Part shown: positions 1-10,191 of the stretch, piece by piece | How positions within the stretch are numbered: the first letter of the stretch is position 1 | Layout: every line of letters starts with the position of its first letter | Origin: Candidatus Poribacteria bacterium | GTDB taxonomy: Bacteria > Poribacteria > WGA-4E > JAJDTR01 | DNA: 64,000 bases | Assembly: GCA_965222225.1 (NCBI GenBank) | Contig: CBDCTK010000002.1 | Span: 1,696,001-1,760,000 of the forward strand | Reading direction: 5' to 3' | The notes under the pieces: model-generated | Told to the model about the DNA's origin: nothing | Database searches by the model: none | Seen by the model: only the letters and a program-made list of their open reading frames with translations | Position numbers and translations under genes: made by a program

Positions 1-425
1 TCTACGGAGTCCTACCGCACCGCTATCCGATGTGCATGATCGATCGAGTGATCCACTTTGAAAGCGGGAAGCGTGCAGTTGGTCTTAAGAATCTGACATA
101 TAACGAACAGTTCTTCCAAGGACATTTTCCGCAACAGCCTGTTATGCCAGGTGTACTCCAGATGGAAGCACTAGCCCAACTTGCTGCATGGTTGTTACTG
201 CACGACTACGGCGCCGAAGGGCAGCTTGGATACTTCGCTACCATCAAGGAGGCGAGATTTCGCCGTCCGGTGATACCAGGCGATCAGCTAAGATTGGAAG
301 TTGAGGTGCTGCGCGGACGCAAGACATTAGCCCGCATCGGCGGCAAAGCCTATGTTGGCGACGAGCTTGCCACGGAGGGCGAACTGACAATCGTGCTTGA
401 CAAAACACGGGCTGAGGAGAGATAG
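1..425 (+). CDS. fabZ: 3-hydroxyacyl-ACP dehydratase FabZ (5'-truncated by window)
   Basis: Frame open upstream of 30 (YGVLPHRYPM); motifs LPHRYP, FFQGHFP..PVMPGVL..EALAQ; precedes lpxA. Confidence 0.95.
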   Translation, partial: YGVLPHRYPMCMIDRVIHFESGKRAVGLKNLTYNEQFFQGHFPQQPVMPGVLQMEALAQLAAWLLLHDYGAEGQLGYFATIKEARFRRPVIPGDQLRLEVEVLRGRKTLARIGGKAYVGDELATEGELTIVLDKTRAEER

Positions 426-550
426 GCACAGAAATCCCATCAAGTTGTCTACTTCGGATTAAACTCCGATAATCAGAGGTTTGTGATGCGTCTAACTTGT
501 ATTGGGGGATAACTGTAGGCAGTGAGGGAATATCGGGGGAGGGTAGGTGA

Positions 551-1342
551 GTGAGCAAGATTCACCCAACCGCAATCATCTCACCAAAAGCAGAACTAGG
601 AACGGATGTTGAGATTGGACCTTATTCAATCATCAATGACGAAGTACAGATTGGGGCTGGGACCGTCATTGGGCCACATGTGCAAATTGACAAATGGACA
701 TCGCTTGGTGAACAGTGCCAGATCTACTTCGGCTGTACAATCGGAAATCCGTCCAAAGACTTGAAATACGGAGGTTGGCGCAGCTACACACGAGTCGGTG
801 ACCGAAATGTGTTTCGCGAGTATGTCTCAATTTCCCGAGCAACCACCAGGGAGGGAGCCACTATCATCGGCGATGACAATCTGTTGATGAATTGGACGAA
901 TATCGCGCACGATTCGGTTGTCGGAGATCGGACGATCATGGCTAATCTCGCTACCCTTGGCGGGCATGTCATCATTGAGGATGATGTTCGGATGGGAGCG
1001 CATTCAGCACTACATCCATTCGTCCGAGTAGGCAAGATGGCGATAGCTGGCAGCTGTTCAAAGTTCGTTAAAGACATTCCACCGTTCGCACTTTCAGATG
1101 GTCATCCTGCCCGTGTTCGCGGCTTGAATATTATTGGTCTAGGCACATCTGCCACAAACCCTCTGTCGTCACTCCCGCCCGAGACGATTCTATTGCTGAA
1201 AAGAGCCTACCGTATTCTGTTTCGCTCTAAACTTCCACTTCGGGAAGCGGTTAATCGCGTAAGAAAGGAGATTGAGTCTAATCCCGAAGTCAACCATCTC
1301 CTTGAGTTCATCGAAAATTCTCAACGTGGAATTGGAATTTAG
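551..1342 (+). CDS. lpxA: UDP-N-acetylglucosamine acyltransferase LpxA
   Basis: IHPTAII start, hexapeptide repeats, DLKY, IAHD, GGHV, C-terminal RGI; fabZ-lpxA-lpxI context. Confidence 0.93.
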   Translation: MSKIHPTAIISPKAELGTDVEIGPYSIINDEVQIGAGTVIGPHVQIDKWTSLGEQCQIYFGCTIGNPSKDLKYGGWRSYTRVGDRNVFREYVSISRATTREGATIIGDDNLLMNWTNIAHDSVVGDRTIMANLATLGGHVIIEDDVRMGAHSALHPFVRVGKMAIAGSCSKFVKDIPPFALSDGHPARVRGLNIIGLGTSATNPLSSLPPETILLLKRAYRILFRSKLPLREAVNRVRKEIESNPEVNHLLEFIENSQRGIGI

Positions 1343-2142
1343 GAGAGTGTTCACACAAAGATAGATAAGGCAATCTTCTGATACCGACGGAAGACCTCTT
1401 GGTCGGTCAAAGCAGTCCATAACTTCATGGCATTGTCCACCATCTCAAGTTTCTTGGATACTATTTTGGTGCGGCGTGTGAATCGTCCAAGATGATGGCG
1501 TGTATTGCTGTTATCACGTTCGACTGTTGCTGTCCCTGATTTCCCGATGTGATGACGCTCCGCAGGAAGTACCTTGGCAAACGCTTCCCAATTGTCAGTG
1601 TAATACTGGCAGTCACTTAAGTGTTTCACTTTGTCGAATAGCCGTCTGAAGGTATCAGCATCACGACCACCGATAACCCAGGCAACGGTTTTGCTTGTTT
1701 CACGAGAAACTGCTTTGTGAATCCATCTTTTGTTTTTTTTGACCCGATAAAATGCCACATCTCATCAAATTCCAATTCACGGGTATTGATTGGAATCTCA
1801 GGCTCCGACAACAGGGCTGCTTCCTTTGCAAGCCATTTTTGAACAGTACTTGGCGATACATTAAACAAGTTGCCAATAGTGCCATAAGATGCTTTTGCAA
1901 GCGAGTAGAGAATTACTGCAAAAGCACGCTTGATGGTGGTTTGAGGGTTGGTTCTCTCGTCTCCCTCAACGAAATTATAACCGCACGTTTTACAACGGTA
2001 TCGCTGTTTGGAACGAACGAATCCGTTTTTCGTGACTTCCGAACTATGACAGTTCTTACAGTTTGACATAATATCTCCTTCCTGACCTTTCTGGTTAGTT
2101 AGAAGAATTATATCATAAATCTATCTATATGGCAATACTCTC
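1343..2142 (-). mobile_element. IS1-family insertion sequence, 800 bp
   Basis: 24-bp imperfect terminal inverted repeats (GAGAGTGTTCACACAAAGATAGAT vs GAGAGTATTGCCATATAGATAGAT, 19/24) and 8-bp direct repeat GAATTTAG at 1335-1342 and 2143-2150. Confidence 0.93.
1351..2069 (-). CDS. IS1 transposase InsAB, probably produced by programmed -1 frameshift
   Basis: InsA ORF 1626-2069 (CxxC...KNG...QRYRCKTC zinc ribbon, HTH, DEMWHFIG); InsB ORF 1351-1758 (YYTDNW, ERDNS.TRH); A8C run on minus strand at about 1732-1740. Confidence 0.9.
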
Positions 2143-2380
2143 GAATTTAGTACACAGGTTCAGGTGAAATCTAGCAGCTTAGACCTCCACCAAGCTACGT
2201 TCCCACCTTCGTCCACACTGGCGTCGTTGAACGCGCCAATTCCCGCGGCTCAGCGATTTGTTGGTCGAAAACACGCCCCAGCATATGTAGAGTGCGTGAA
2301 TGCATGCCGAAATGCGCGAATCGTACTTTGCACTTAGCCCCCTTACCACATATTTGTCCATTCACTAACGGAGCAATACA

Positions 2381-3184
2381 TTGGAAAAACTCGGAATTAT
2401 CGCTGGCGCAGGAGAACTTCCGGTTCTGTTAGCTCAGGCTGCTATTGAGCAAGGTCGGACACCGTTTATTATTCAGGTGACAAAAACGCCATCTGAACAC
2501 CTTTCCCATATAGTGCCCGAGATTTATTCGTTTGGTGTTGGTCAGCTTCGGAAGATGACACGGACGTTGCTCGACTCAGGCGTAAGGGAAGTAGCGCTAA
2601 TTGGCAAAGTTCACAAGGGAATACTCCTTCGCCCCTTTCAGGTGGATCGGGTCGCGGCTAACATTCTCGCCACGACACGTCAGAAAGGCGCGGTTGCAAT
2701 CGTTTCGGCAATTATTGATTACTTGGAATCAAATGGGCTTCGCGTCATTGAGCAGCACCGATTTTTGAAGCAACTGCTGCCACCACCTGGTGTCCTTACT
2801 GAGAAACAGCCAACGGAAGCGCAATGGACGGATTTGAGGTATGCAATCATTCTTGCTCGGCAAATTGCAGACTTGAACATTGGACAGACAGTTGTTGTCA
2901 AGGATGGCATTCCTTTGGCAATTGAAGCGATTGAGGATACGAACGAGGCAATTCGGCGTGGCGGGAGACTCGGGAAGAAAGGAGTCGTGGTTGGAAAGGC
3001 TGCAAGTGTTTCTCACGATTTCCGAGTTGATGTGCCAACCGTAGGCATAGAGACCTTAACCGTACTACACGAAGTCCACGGCAACGTACTAGCGATAGAA
3101 GCAAACCGCACGTTTATCCTGGATCGGGAAGCGCTCTGTCGGCAGGCAGACCGCTGGAAGATTTGCATCGTGGCAGTGGAGTAG
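2381..3184 (+). CDS. lpxI: UDP-2,3-diacylglucosamine pyrophosphatase LpxI (DUF1009)
   Basis: LGIIAG.GELP, IGQTVVV, AIEAIE, D.RVDVPTVG motifs; downstream of lpxA. Confidence 0.9.
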   Translation: MEKLGIIAGAGELPVLLAQAAIEQGRTPFIIQVTKTPSEHLSHIVPEIYSFGVGQLRKMTRTLLDSGVREVALIGKVHKGILLRPFQVDRVAANILATTRQKGAVAIVSAIIDYLESNGLRVIEQHRFLKQLLPPPGVLTEKQPTEAQWTDLRYAIILARQIADLNIGQTVVVKDGIPLAIEAIEDTNEAIRRGGRLGKKGVVVGKAASVSHDFRVDVPTVGIETLTVLHEVHGNVLAIEANRTFILDREALCRQADRWKICIVAVE

Positions 3185-3256
3185 ATTCGCCGCAATAGAG
3201 ACCATGTCCACAACCTCTTCGGTGATGTCCTCCTCACGACACTGGAATAGGTTGGT

Positions 3257-4531
3257 TTATACCACGAAGCGAGGGTGGCCAAAGCCATCGTTAGCGACAT
3301 GGCTCCTGGCGGGGACCTCCGATTGATCCGGGATAATAAGGTCGATTGCGGAGGTATTCTCAATAATTGTGCTATCACCGACATGGACGCGCTTTCCAAG
3401 ACGAATCACGCCAGGTCGATTCGACTCGCTTTTTATGGTGCCGATGATAACCGATGAACCGATGCGGCACCCCTCCCCCATTTCGATAAATCCGTACATC
3501 TCAGTATTCGTACCGATGCTGGAGTAATCCCCAATTTTTACAGGTCCGAATATTCCCGCGTCTGTTCCTATCTGCACAAAATCACCGACAACAGGGTGGC
3601 GTTGCTTAACCTTGACGCTAAGTCCACCTAGCGTACACGGATAAATGGCGCATCCGGAACCGATGATACCGGTTTGGCCCGTCGTGATACCACGATGGGG
3701 ATGTTCTAGGAAATTTGCATCACCGATCCGGGTTTCAGGATGTAGGTCAGCTTGGTAGTAGCGTCCGCCCAGTTCGGCAAGCGCGCGCGGTAGGAGGGGC
3801 ACAGGAATTCGATGAAGATTAGGGCTATCGTCGATTCGCCCGGCGCGGGTCAACGCATGGGCAATGTCATGGTAAAAAAGGACGCGCCACCCGGGATAGG
3901 CACTCACAACCAATTGCATCTGGTAGTCAAAAGCGAAGCCTAGACTAAGAGAATTAAGAAAATCCTGATATGGTTCAAAGTCTCTCTCCACAATCGCTCT
4001 ATCTACGTGCGCACCGATATCGAGTTCGGCAAGTTTATCGTGGGAAACCCCGCGATGAAGAAGGTAAGCATCCCAGACAGCAGGATCTCTAAGCGAAGCA
4101 AAGCGATTCCACCTTGCCCGGATTTTCAAGCGTGGTAGGTCCCAGAGGAGCGCAAAAGTCGTCTCCAAGGCTTCTTCCAGTTGCGCTGACTCAGAAACCG
4201 CCAGAAAGGATTGGGCAATCATGGCATAAAGTTGGTCGACGACCTCTTCAATGGCTTCAGCCAGGTCCCGCTTCTGATACTGCGGATCGAGGGCATTGTG
4301 TGATCCCGGCGCAACGCATTCCAGCAAATTACCGAGAATTGTCTCCAGAATATCTCGATTGACAAACCCGCGCCCCGATCTCAAAGAGAGCATGTCGCGT
4401 TTAATGCTGTCGATTCGCAAGGCGCGGAGCTCTTCTTCGGTGTAAATGGGCCGAAGCCGGTCTAGCGTCTCGGTTAAAAGTCCACGCTTCCGCTTTTCAT
4501 AAGATTGTTCAAAGAGTGTTTTCTCAGCCAT
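3257..4531 (-). CDS. Serine O-acetyltransferase (CysE)-like hexapeptide transferase with long N-terminal extension
   Basis: DLHPETRIG...EHP..GI..G.T..IG, TLGG...RHPVVGD and left-handed beta-helix repeats. Confidence 0.6.
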   Translation of the reverse strand: MAEKTLFEQSYEKRKRGLLTETLDRLRPIYTEEELRALRIDSIKRDMLSLRSGRGFVNRDILETILGNLLECVAPGSHNALDPQYQKRDLAEAIEEVVDQLYAMIAQSFLAVSESAQLEEALETTFALLWDLPRLKIRARWNRFASLRDPAVWDAYLLHRGVSHDKLAELDIGAHVDRAIVERDFEPYQDFLNSLSLGFAFDYQMQLVVSAYPGWRVLFYHDIAHALTRAGRIDDSPNLHRIPVPLLPRALAELGGRYYQADLHPETRIGDANFLEHPHRGITTGQTGIIGSGCAIYPCTLGGLSVKVKQRHPVVGDFVQIGTDAGIFGPVKIGDYSSIGTNTEMYGFIEMGEGCRIGSSVIIGTIKSESNRPGVIRLGKRVHVGDSTIIENTSAIDLIIPDQSEVPARSHVANDGFGHPRFVV

Positions 4532-4763
4532 ATCGTTTGAAGTGGTCAGTGACTAGTGAAACAAATTGATGCGTAAGGTTGATTTGAGCGTTTTTTGCTA
4601 TACAAAATTAGCTTCGACTTGCCACCGGAGATTGTAATGTGAAAAGGCGTGTAGCGTGGGAATCTTAACTCACAACCCTTTTCAGTTCCACAACCAAGAC
4701 GCATATCGAACATCAAGATGGATTGGGCTCTACTCCAGAGGAACACAATGTCTACAGACCAAT

Positions 4764-7333
4764 TTAGGACGCCCAATGGATTAAAGCTAACTCGTGTGGG
4801 TTATGCAGGTCATCATGACGCGGCAGTATGCGAACGGTATAACCGTGCAAACCCGTCTTGTAGGAAGATATCGCCCCTTCAAATAGGTGCGTTCCATCAT
4901 CCAGCCGTCCCCGAGATTCCATGGGGATTGCGTAATCGGCATTGATTTCGCCATCTTCATTGAGAGTTCCATGATAGATTTGAACGCAAACGTCGTCCGG
5001 GGATAGAGCGGCTAAATCAATATAACTTTTCACGCTTAGCTTCTCGCCAATCCCAATTTCAGATACCGGTACGTCTTAAACACCCTTAATTTTGATTCGC
5101 GACCAATGTTCTTGGAGGTAAGATTTCCAGTGCGCTAACGCCCTGCCCCGTTCTATATCGTCTCGATTCAATAGATTCCAACGTTGGTGAACAGGGAAAT
5201 AGCATTGGCTTGCATATTCGGACACCATGCGTTTCGTGTTGAAAATTGGCGAAAGGTTTCGCATCGCCAATTTCATCAGGTCAACCCAGCCATGGGGGAT
5301 TGTGTCTCTCCCGCGATCATAAAACAGCGGGACTACCTCCTTCTCAAGGATGTTGTAAACTGCCTCCGCGTCCACTTGGTCTTGAAATTTCCGTTCCTCG
5401 TACACCTCGCCTCTACCAATTGTCCATCCGCCACCCGATGGGTGTGCCTCTGCCCACCAGCCATCAAGGATGCTTAGATTCAGGCCTCCATTTGCAGCGA
5501 CTTTCATACCGCTAGTGCCACTGGCTTCCTGTGGCGGAAGAGGGTTGTTTAACCAAACATCGACACCCGCAACAAGATAGCGCGCGACGCAGATATCGTA
5601 GTCTTCAATGAACACTATCCTATGCCGAAAACAATCTTGAGCGGCGAACCTGCAGATTTCTTGAATCAAAAGTTTGCCCGCATGATCATGCGGGTGCGCT
5701 TTACCGGAGAAGATGATTTGTACCGGATGCTCCAGGTGGTTCAGAATTTTGTCCAAACGATCCGGATTCTGGAAAAGGAGCGTTGCTCGCTTATATGTTG
5801 CAAAACGTCGTGCGAAACCGATTGTCAGGATTTCCGGAACTAAAATCTCGCTAGTATTTTTAATTTCGGCGGCGGAGGCACTGGAGCGGATCAATTGGTC
5901 TCTTAGCTTTTGACGGACAAACGCCACGAGACGCTCGCGGTGGTGCTCATGGGTACGCCACAATTCAACGTCCGAGATGCCGTCAACCTGCGTCCAAACA
6001 GACTTTTCATCTACTAAATTCTGAATCCATCCTGGGCCGAGATATCGTGCAAACACACTCTGCATGTCGCCCGCAACCCATGAAGGAATATGGATACCAT
6101 TCGTAATAGAACGAATCGGGACTTCATTCTCCGGCAACCCGGGCCAAAGGTGATTCCACATACTGCGGGACACCTTTCCATGAACTTTACTAACTCCGTT
6201 GCTGTAAGCAGAAAGACGTAGCGCCAAGACTGTAGTACTAAACTCACTGTCACTGTCCGCAAAATTGTCTCTCCCCAAAGCAAGAAATTCTTCCCGCGAA
6301 ATACCAAGCGAAGAATAGTATCCCCCAAAGTAGTAATCGACAAGACCGGGCGGGAACCAATCAATCCCTGCGGGAACCGGCGTGTGAGTTGTAAATACGT
6401 TGCCTGCCGTTGCCGCCGCCCGGGCTTCTTCGAATGTAAGGTGCTGTTCCTCTATCAGGTGTCGAATTCGTTCGATAGCTAGAAACGCGGCATGTCCCTC
6501 ATTTATGTGGCATACAGTTGGACGGATTCCCCAGCTTGAGCAAGGCACGGAAGCCACCAACCCCTAGTAGTATCTCCTGTTTGATGCGTGTTTTTTCATC
6601 GCCTCCGTAGAGGTAGTTGGTGATATTTCTCAGCCCGGGATGGGTATTGTCAGGGATATTTGTGTCAAGGAGGTAGAGCGGAATCCTTCCAACCTGTATA
6701 CGCCATATCTGGGCATAGGCTTTTCCTTCCGGATAATCGACATCTACCATCACCGGTGAACCGTCGTCCTGACACTCCACCTGAATGGGCATGTTGTAGA
6801 AGTCATTCGGCGGATAATCCGCCATTTGCCAACCCTCGCGTTAGAATTTGGCGGAAATAGCCGTGTTGATAGAGCAATCCAACGCCGACCATTGGCAAAC
6901 CAACATAGCTTACCGACTTCAGGTAATCGCCCGCGAGAATCCCTAATCCACCGGAGTATATCGGTAAACATTCAGTGAGCCCAAATTCTGCCGAGAATTA
7001 CGCGATGGAAAGATTATCCAGATTCCTATCCCGGAGGTTCTTTTCGTAGGGCGAGGTTGCCGTCATATAATCCTGAAACTTCCGTACAACCAGATTCAGG
7101 TGGACAATAAACGCTTCGTCTCTTGCCAATGCGTCCAAACGTTCCTGCGGTATGATTCCGAGCATGTGGACCGGGTTGTGGTACGTTTTCTCCCAAAGAT
7201 CTGTATCAAGATGTCTAAAGAGTCTAATCGCTTCGTAATCCCAGGTCCACCAGAGGTTCAGCGCGAGTTCGCGTAACGGCTCCAGTTCAATCGGTAATGA
7301 AGGTATGATTGCAAATTGGCGAAGCGGTTTCAT
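4764..7333 (-). pseudogene. glgP: Alpha-glucan (glycogen) phosphorylase, disrupted
   Basis: [47 protein letters not shown]; in-frame TAA at 6998-7000 and 5076-5078, frameshifts near 6840 and 6530. Confidence 0.9.
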
Positions 7334-7593
7334 CTAAATTGTCCTATCAATAGGCAAAGAATTTATCAAGTTGGACAGATGTGGAGTCCATAAAAACTCT
7401 ACGTTTAGCGCTTCTCTACGTTTCAAAAAGCGACGGATCCCGCACACTGGTTGCCGGAGCGTGAACCTGGGTATCCGAGATTGATTCAGTAACTCAGAAT
7501 TGTCGGACGTCTACATTTTTCTGCTTTACCCGATGATTCCGTATCAACTATAATGCACTACGGAACGCAGCCATCCACATAAGGATAAACCAA

Positions 7594-8629
7594 ATGATAA
7601 AAGCACATCGTATCATCTTTTCGGGAAAATTGCAAGCGTGTCTAGAACATCATTCCTTTGAGGAAAACGCGGAGCATGAGAACGAGATTGTAATTGAAAC
7701 TGCCTTCTCCGCGGTTAGCTCAGGCTCGGAACTAGTGGCTTTCACGAATGATCGCGACATGGGTGTGATGCCGTATAGAATAAATACGGGCGAGCCGTAT
7801 CCGGCTTTTCCCGAATACGCTGCTGTCGGAACGATTGTCAATCTCGGCGATGGCGTGAAGGATTTTGACCTTGGAGATATGGTGTTCGTCGCCAAGGGCC
7901 ATGCCTCTCATCATCGCGTCTATGTGACAAAGATGTCGGTGATAAGGGTTCCGGAGGATGTTTTACCTCAGGAACGCGGTCTATGTTCGGTTCTGCGCAG
8001 TTAGTATGGCTACCCTCCGCACGACGGTGGCACGCCCGGGAGACGGTGTTGCGATTTTTGGTTTGGGGGTTGTCGGAACAATGGCAGCCCAGATATTTCA
8101 AGTTTCCGGATATGAGGTTATCGGTATTGACCCGCTAGATGCACGGTGCAAGCAGGAGGAATGTTGCGGTGTCCGTCATACACTGCTTCCAAGCGAAGAC
8201 CTGTCTAGACAATGAACACGTACGCTTGGGGGGACACGCCTTGCAAGTTAGCACTGGAGCAATCGGTACCCCACACACGCCACTCATGCCGCCGTACAAC
8301 TTGCGTCTACGGGCGCAGAAGTTGTGTTGGTAGGCGGACCGTGGAAACGAAGCGTGGCATTCAGTATGTCTGACCTGCTACAACCCCTCTTCTTGAAATA
8401 CCTGCACCTTCGCAGCGGTTGGGAATTGGAACTTCCCGAATTTCCAACTCCCTTCAGACACGGCAGCACTGCCCAGAACCTCCAGCACGCATTGAATCTG
8501 TTTGCGCGGGGACAAATCCAAGCTGCTCCTTTGCGGCCCCCGTTAGACGCGGAAACAGTCTTCCTGAGCTTATTGAACGAGAAGGAAACTTGTCATAGTG
8601 TTGTGTTTGATTGGAACAGCATCAAGTGA
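7594..8629 (+). pseudogene. Zinc-type (MDR) alcohol/sugar dehydrogenase, fragmented
   Basis: Fragments 7594-8004 (S.VSSGSE, GroES-like domain), 7958-8215 (GLGVVG Rossmann motif), 8324-8629 (C-terminal ..VVFDW); several frameshifts. Confidence 0.75.
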
Positions 8630-8773
8630 GGTTTGAGCCTGCGCGACTAATAGGAGAGGAAACCGTTGTCGTTCATTCGAGTTTCTACCAAGGAACACTG
8701 TTTCAAAGGGTTTACAAACTCCAACTCCAAGAAAAATTCCGCCTTTGAATGCCTGAACCAACCCTACTGTATC

Positions 8774-8906
8774 ATACGTGTTACTTGCTGAAGAATCATT
8801 CCGACAGGAATAATGGCCTGCTATACACCTGTCGCCCCTCCAAGATTTTCAAAGGCTAGTTGAATCTTTATGGGAGTACTATCGCATTCGCTATTCGCTC
8901 ATTTGA
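8774..8906. repeat. Composite dispersed intergenic repeat
   Basis: 8774-8827 resembles 32319-32375; CTATCGCA.TC.CTATTCGCTC block recurs at about 14918 and 23126. Confidence 0.75.
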
Positions 8907-8936
8907 TCGGTCACCGGCTTTACGCTAGGATTTGGC

Positions 8937-9737
8937 TCAGGTTTTACGGATCTCAATTACATCGTCGCACTTCAGTCCGAGAACTTGCGCGGCGCTTCCA
9001 TGGTTGACCGAAATCTCTAAGTAACCGGAACTTCCAATAATTGCCAGGCACTTGCCTTTCTCAGACTCGGCATAGGCGCAATTGAGCTGATAGATCTCAG
9101 CCTTTCCAGCCCTGATTACAAAACCGCTATCCATTCCAAATGACTCAAGCATATCGAGCGTAACATTCGTAATCAGGTTCCCGAAGCGATCGGCCCAGAT
9201 TACGCTTCCGACAATCGTCGTCGTCTTCACTTGAGGCGTGGGGATGGGCAATCGCACCAAGTTGTTTGCCGCATTCCCAAATTGACTGAGCGAAATCCCA
9301 CATGACAAGTGGGCTGCCACGGGAGCGAAAATATCCCTGCCGTGAAATGTATTGCTAATCTCAGAAAGCCAGTATGCAGCGTTGTCCAGTGCGACAACGC
9401 GACGTGCACTACTGTCGCCGAGGACGTGACTCAAGACGCCGTTGTCGGGACAGACGAAATACGCCGTGTCTGTTTGACAGACGATTCCTCGGCGACAGCT
9501 TCCCACTCCCGGATCAACCACCACAACATGAATAGCTCCGGCTGGGAAATCGCGATACGCGGAATTAATGAGGAATGCGGCACCGTGAATATCCTGTGGC
9601 GGAACAGCGTGCGTGATGTCCACAATCCGGGCTTGCGGACTTATATTGAGAATCACGCCTTTCATGACACCGACGAAGTGATCTCTCGTTCCAAAATCGG
9701 TCATCAATGTAATGACGCCACATGGATTGAGATGCAT
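8937..9737 (-). CDS. SAM hydroxide adenosyltransferase / SAM hydrolase (DUF62, halogenase superfamily)
   Basis: ITLMTDFG, VVDPGVGS.RR, TFHGRDIFAP, DRFGNLITN motifs. Confidence 0.9.
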   Translation of the reverse strand: MHLNPCGVITLMTDFGTRDHFVGVMKGVILNISPQARIVDITHAVPPQDIHGAAFLINSAYRDFPAGAIHVVVVDPGVGSCRRGIVCQTDTAYFVCPDNGVLSHVLGDSSARRVVALDNAAYWLSEISNTFHGRDIFAPVAAHLSCGISLSQFGNAANNLVRLPIPTPQVKTTTIVGSVIWADRFGNLITNVTLDMLESFGMDSGFVIRAGKAEIYQLNCAYAESEKGKCLAIIGSSGYLEISVNHGSAAQVLGLKCDDVIEIRKT

Positions 9738-9829
9738 TGTAAATCACTCCGTAAGTTCGATTTTCCGCAGTTTGGACTACGCAGAAAGTTTACCAAAAAG
9801 GGCGGTTTTAGGCAAGGCGAAATATTCGC

Positions 9830-9858
9830 TTGCACGACTGCGTCCGCTGCGCTATAAT
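9830..9858 (+). promoter_or_regulatory. Sigma70-type promoter upstream of mqnE
   Basis: TTGCAC-17 bp-TATAAT. Confidence 0.55.
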
Positions 9859-10191
9859 ATTTCTGTATCATCTGCGAATTCACGCTATATTATAAGGTAT
9901 TTCGGATGTATTACCGAACTGAGCCAGATTCTCACCGTAGGTTACGATGTCTTCTTAGTGGCAAACGACAAAGGCAGCATGTATTCAACAATTACCGACT
10001 ATTCGGAATGCGCGTCGTCATTTTTATAAACGCCCATGCTTTACAGAACAGAAATGGACAAGAGCACCTACACCCATAGTATTTTCCATCTAAAACCACG
10101 CTATCCGCGCTTACGAAAAAATATACCGAAGTCCATGCAATGAATAATATCAGTTTCAGCAACAATTAGAGAGGGTTCTCACGAGGTAGTA

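Noticed and set aside
1351-2069. IS1 transposase as a pseudogene
   Set aside because: The split at an A-rich run is the normal programmed frameshift of the IS1 family
4764-7333. Stop-codon recoding in glgP
   Set aside because: Stops are TAA and accompanied by frameshifts; other genes use TAA as a normal stop
8937-9737. SAM-dependent chlorinase/fluorinase
   Set aside because: Retains the Asp (VVDPG), Arg (S.RR) and His (TFHGRD) triad typical of DUF62 hydrolases rather than halogenases
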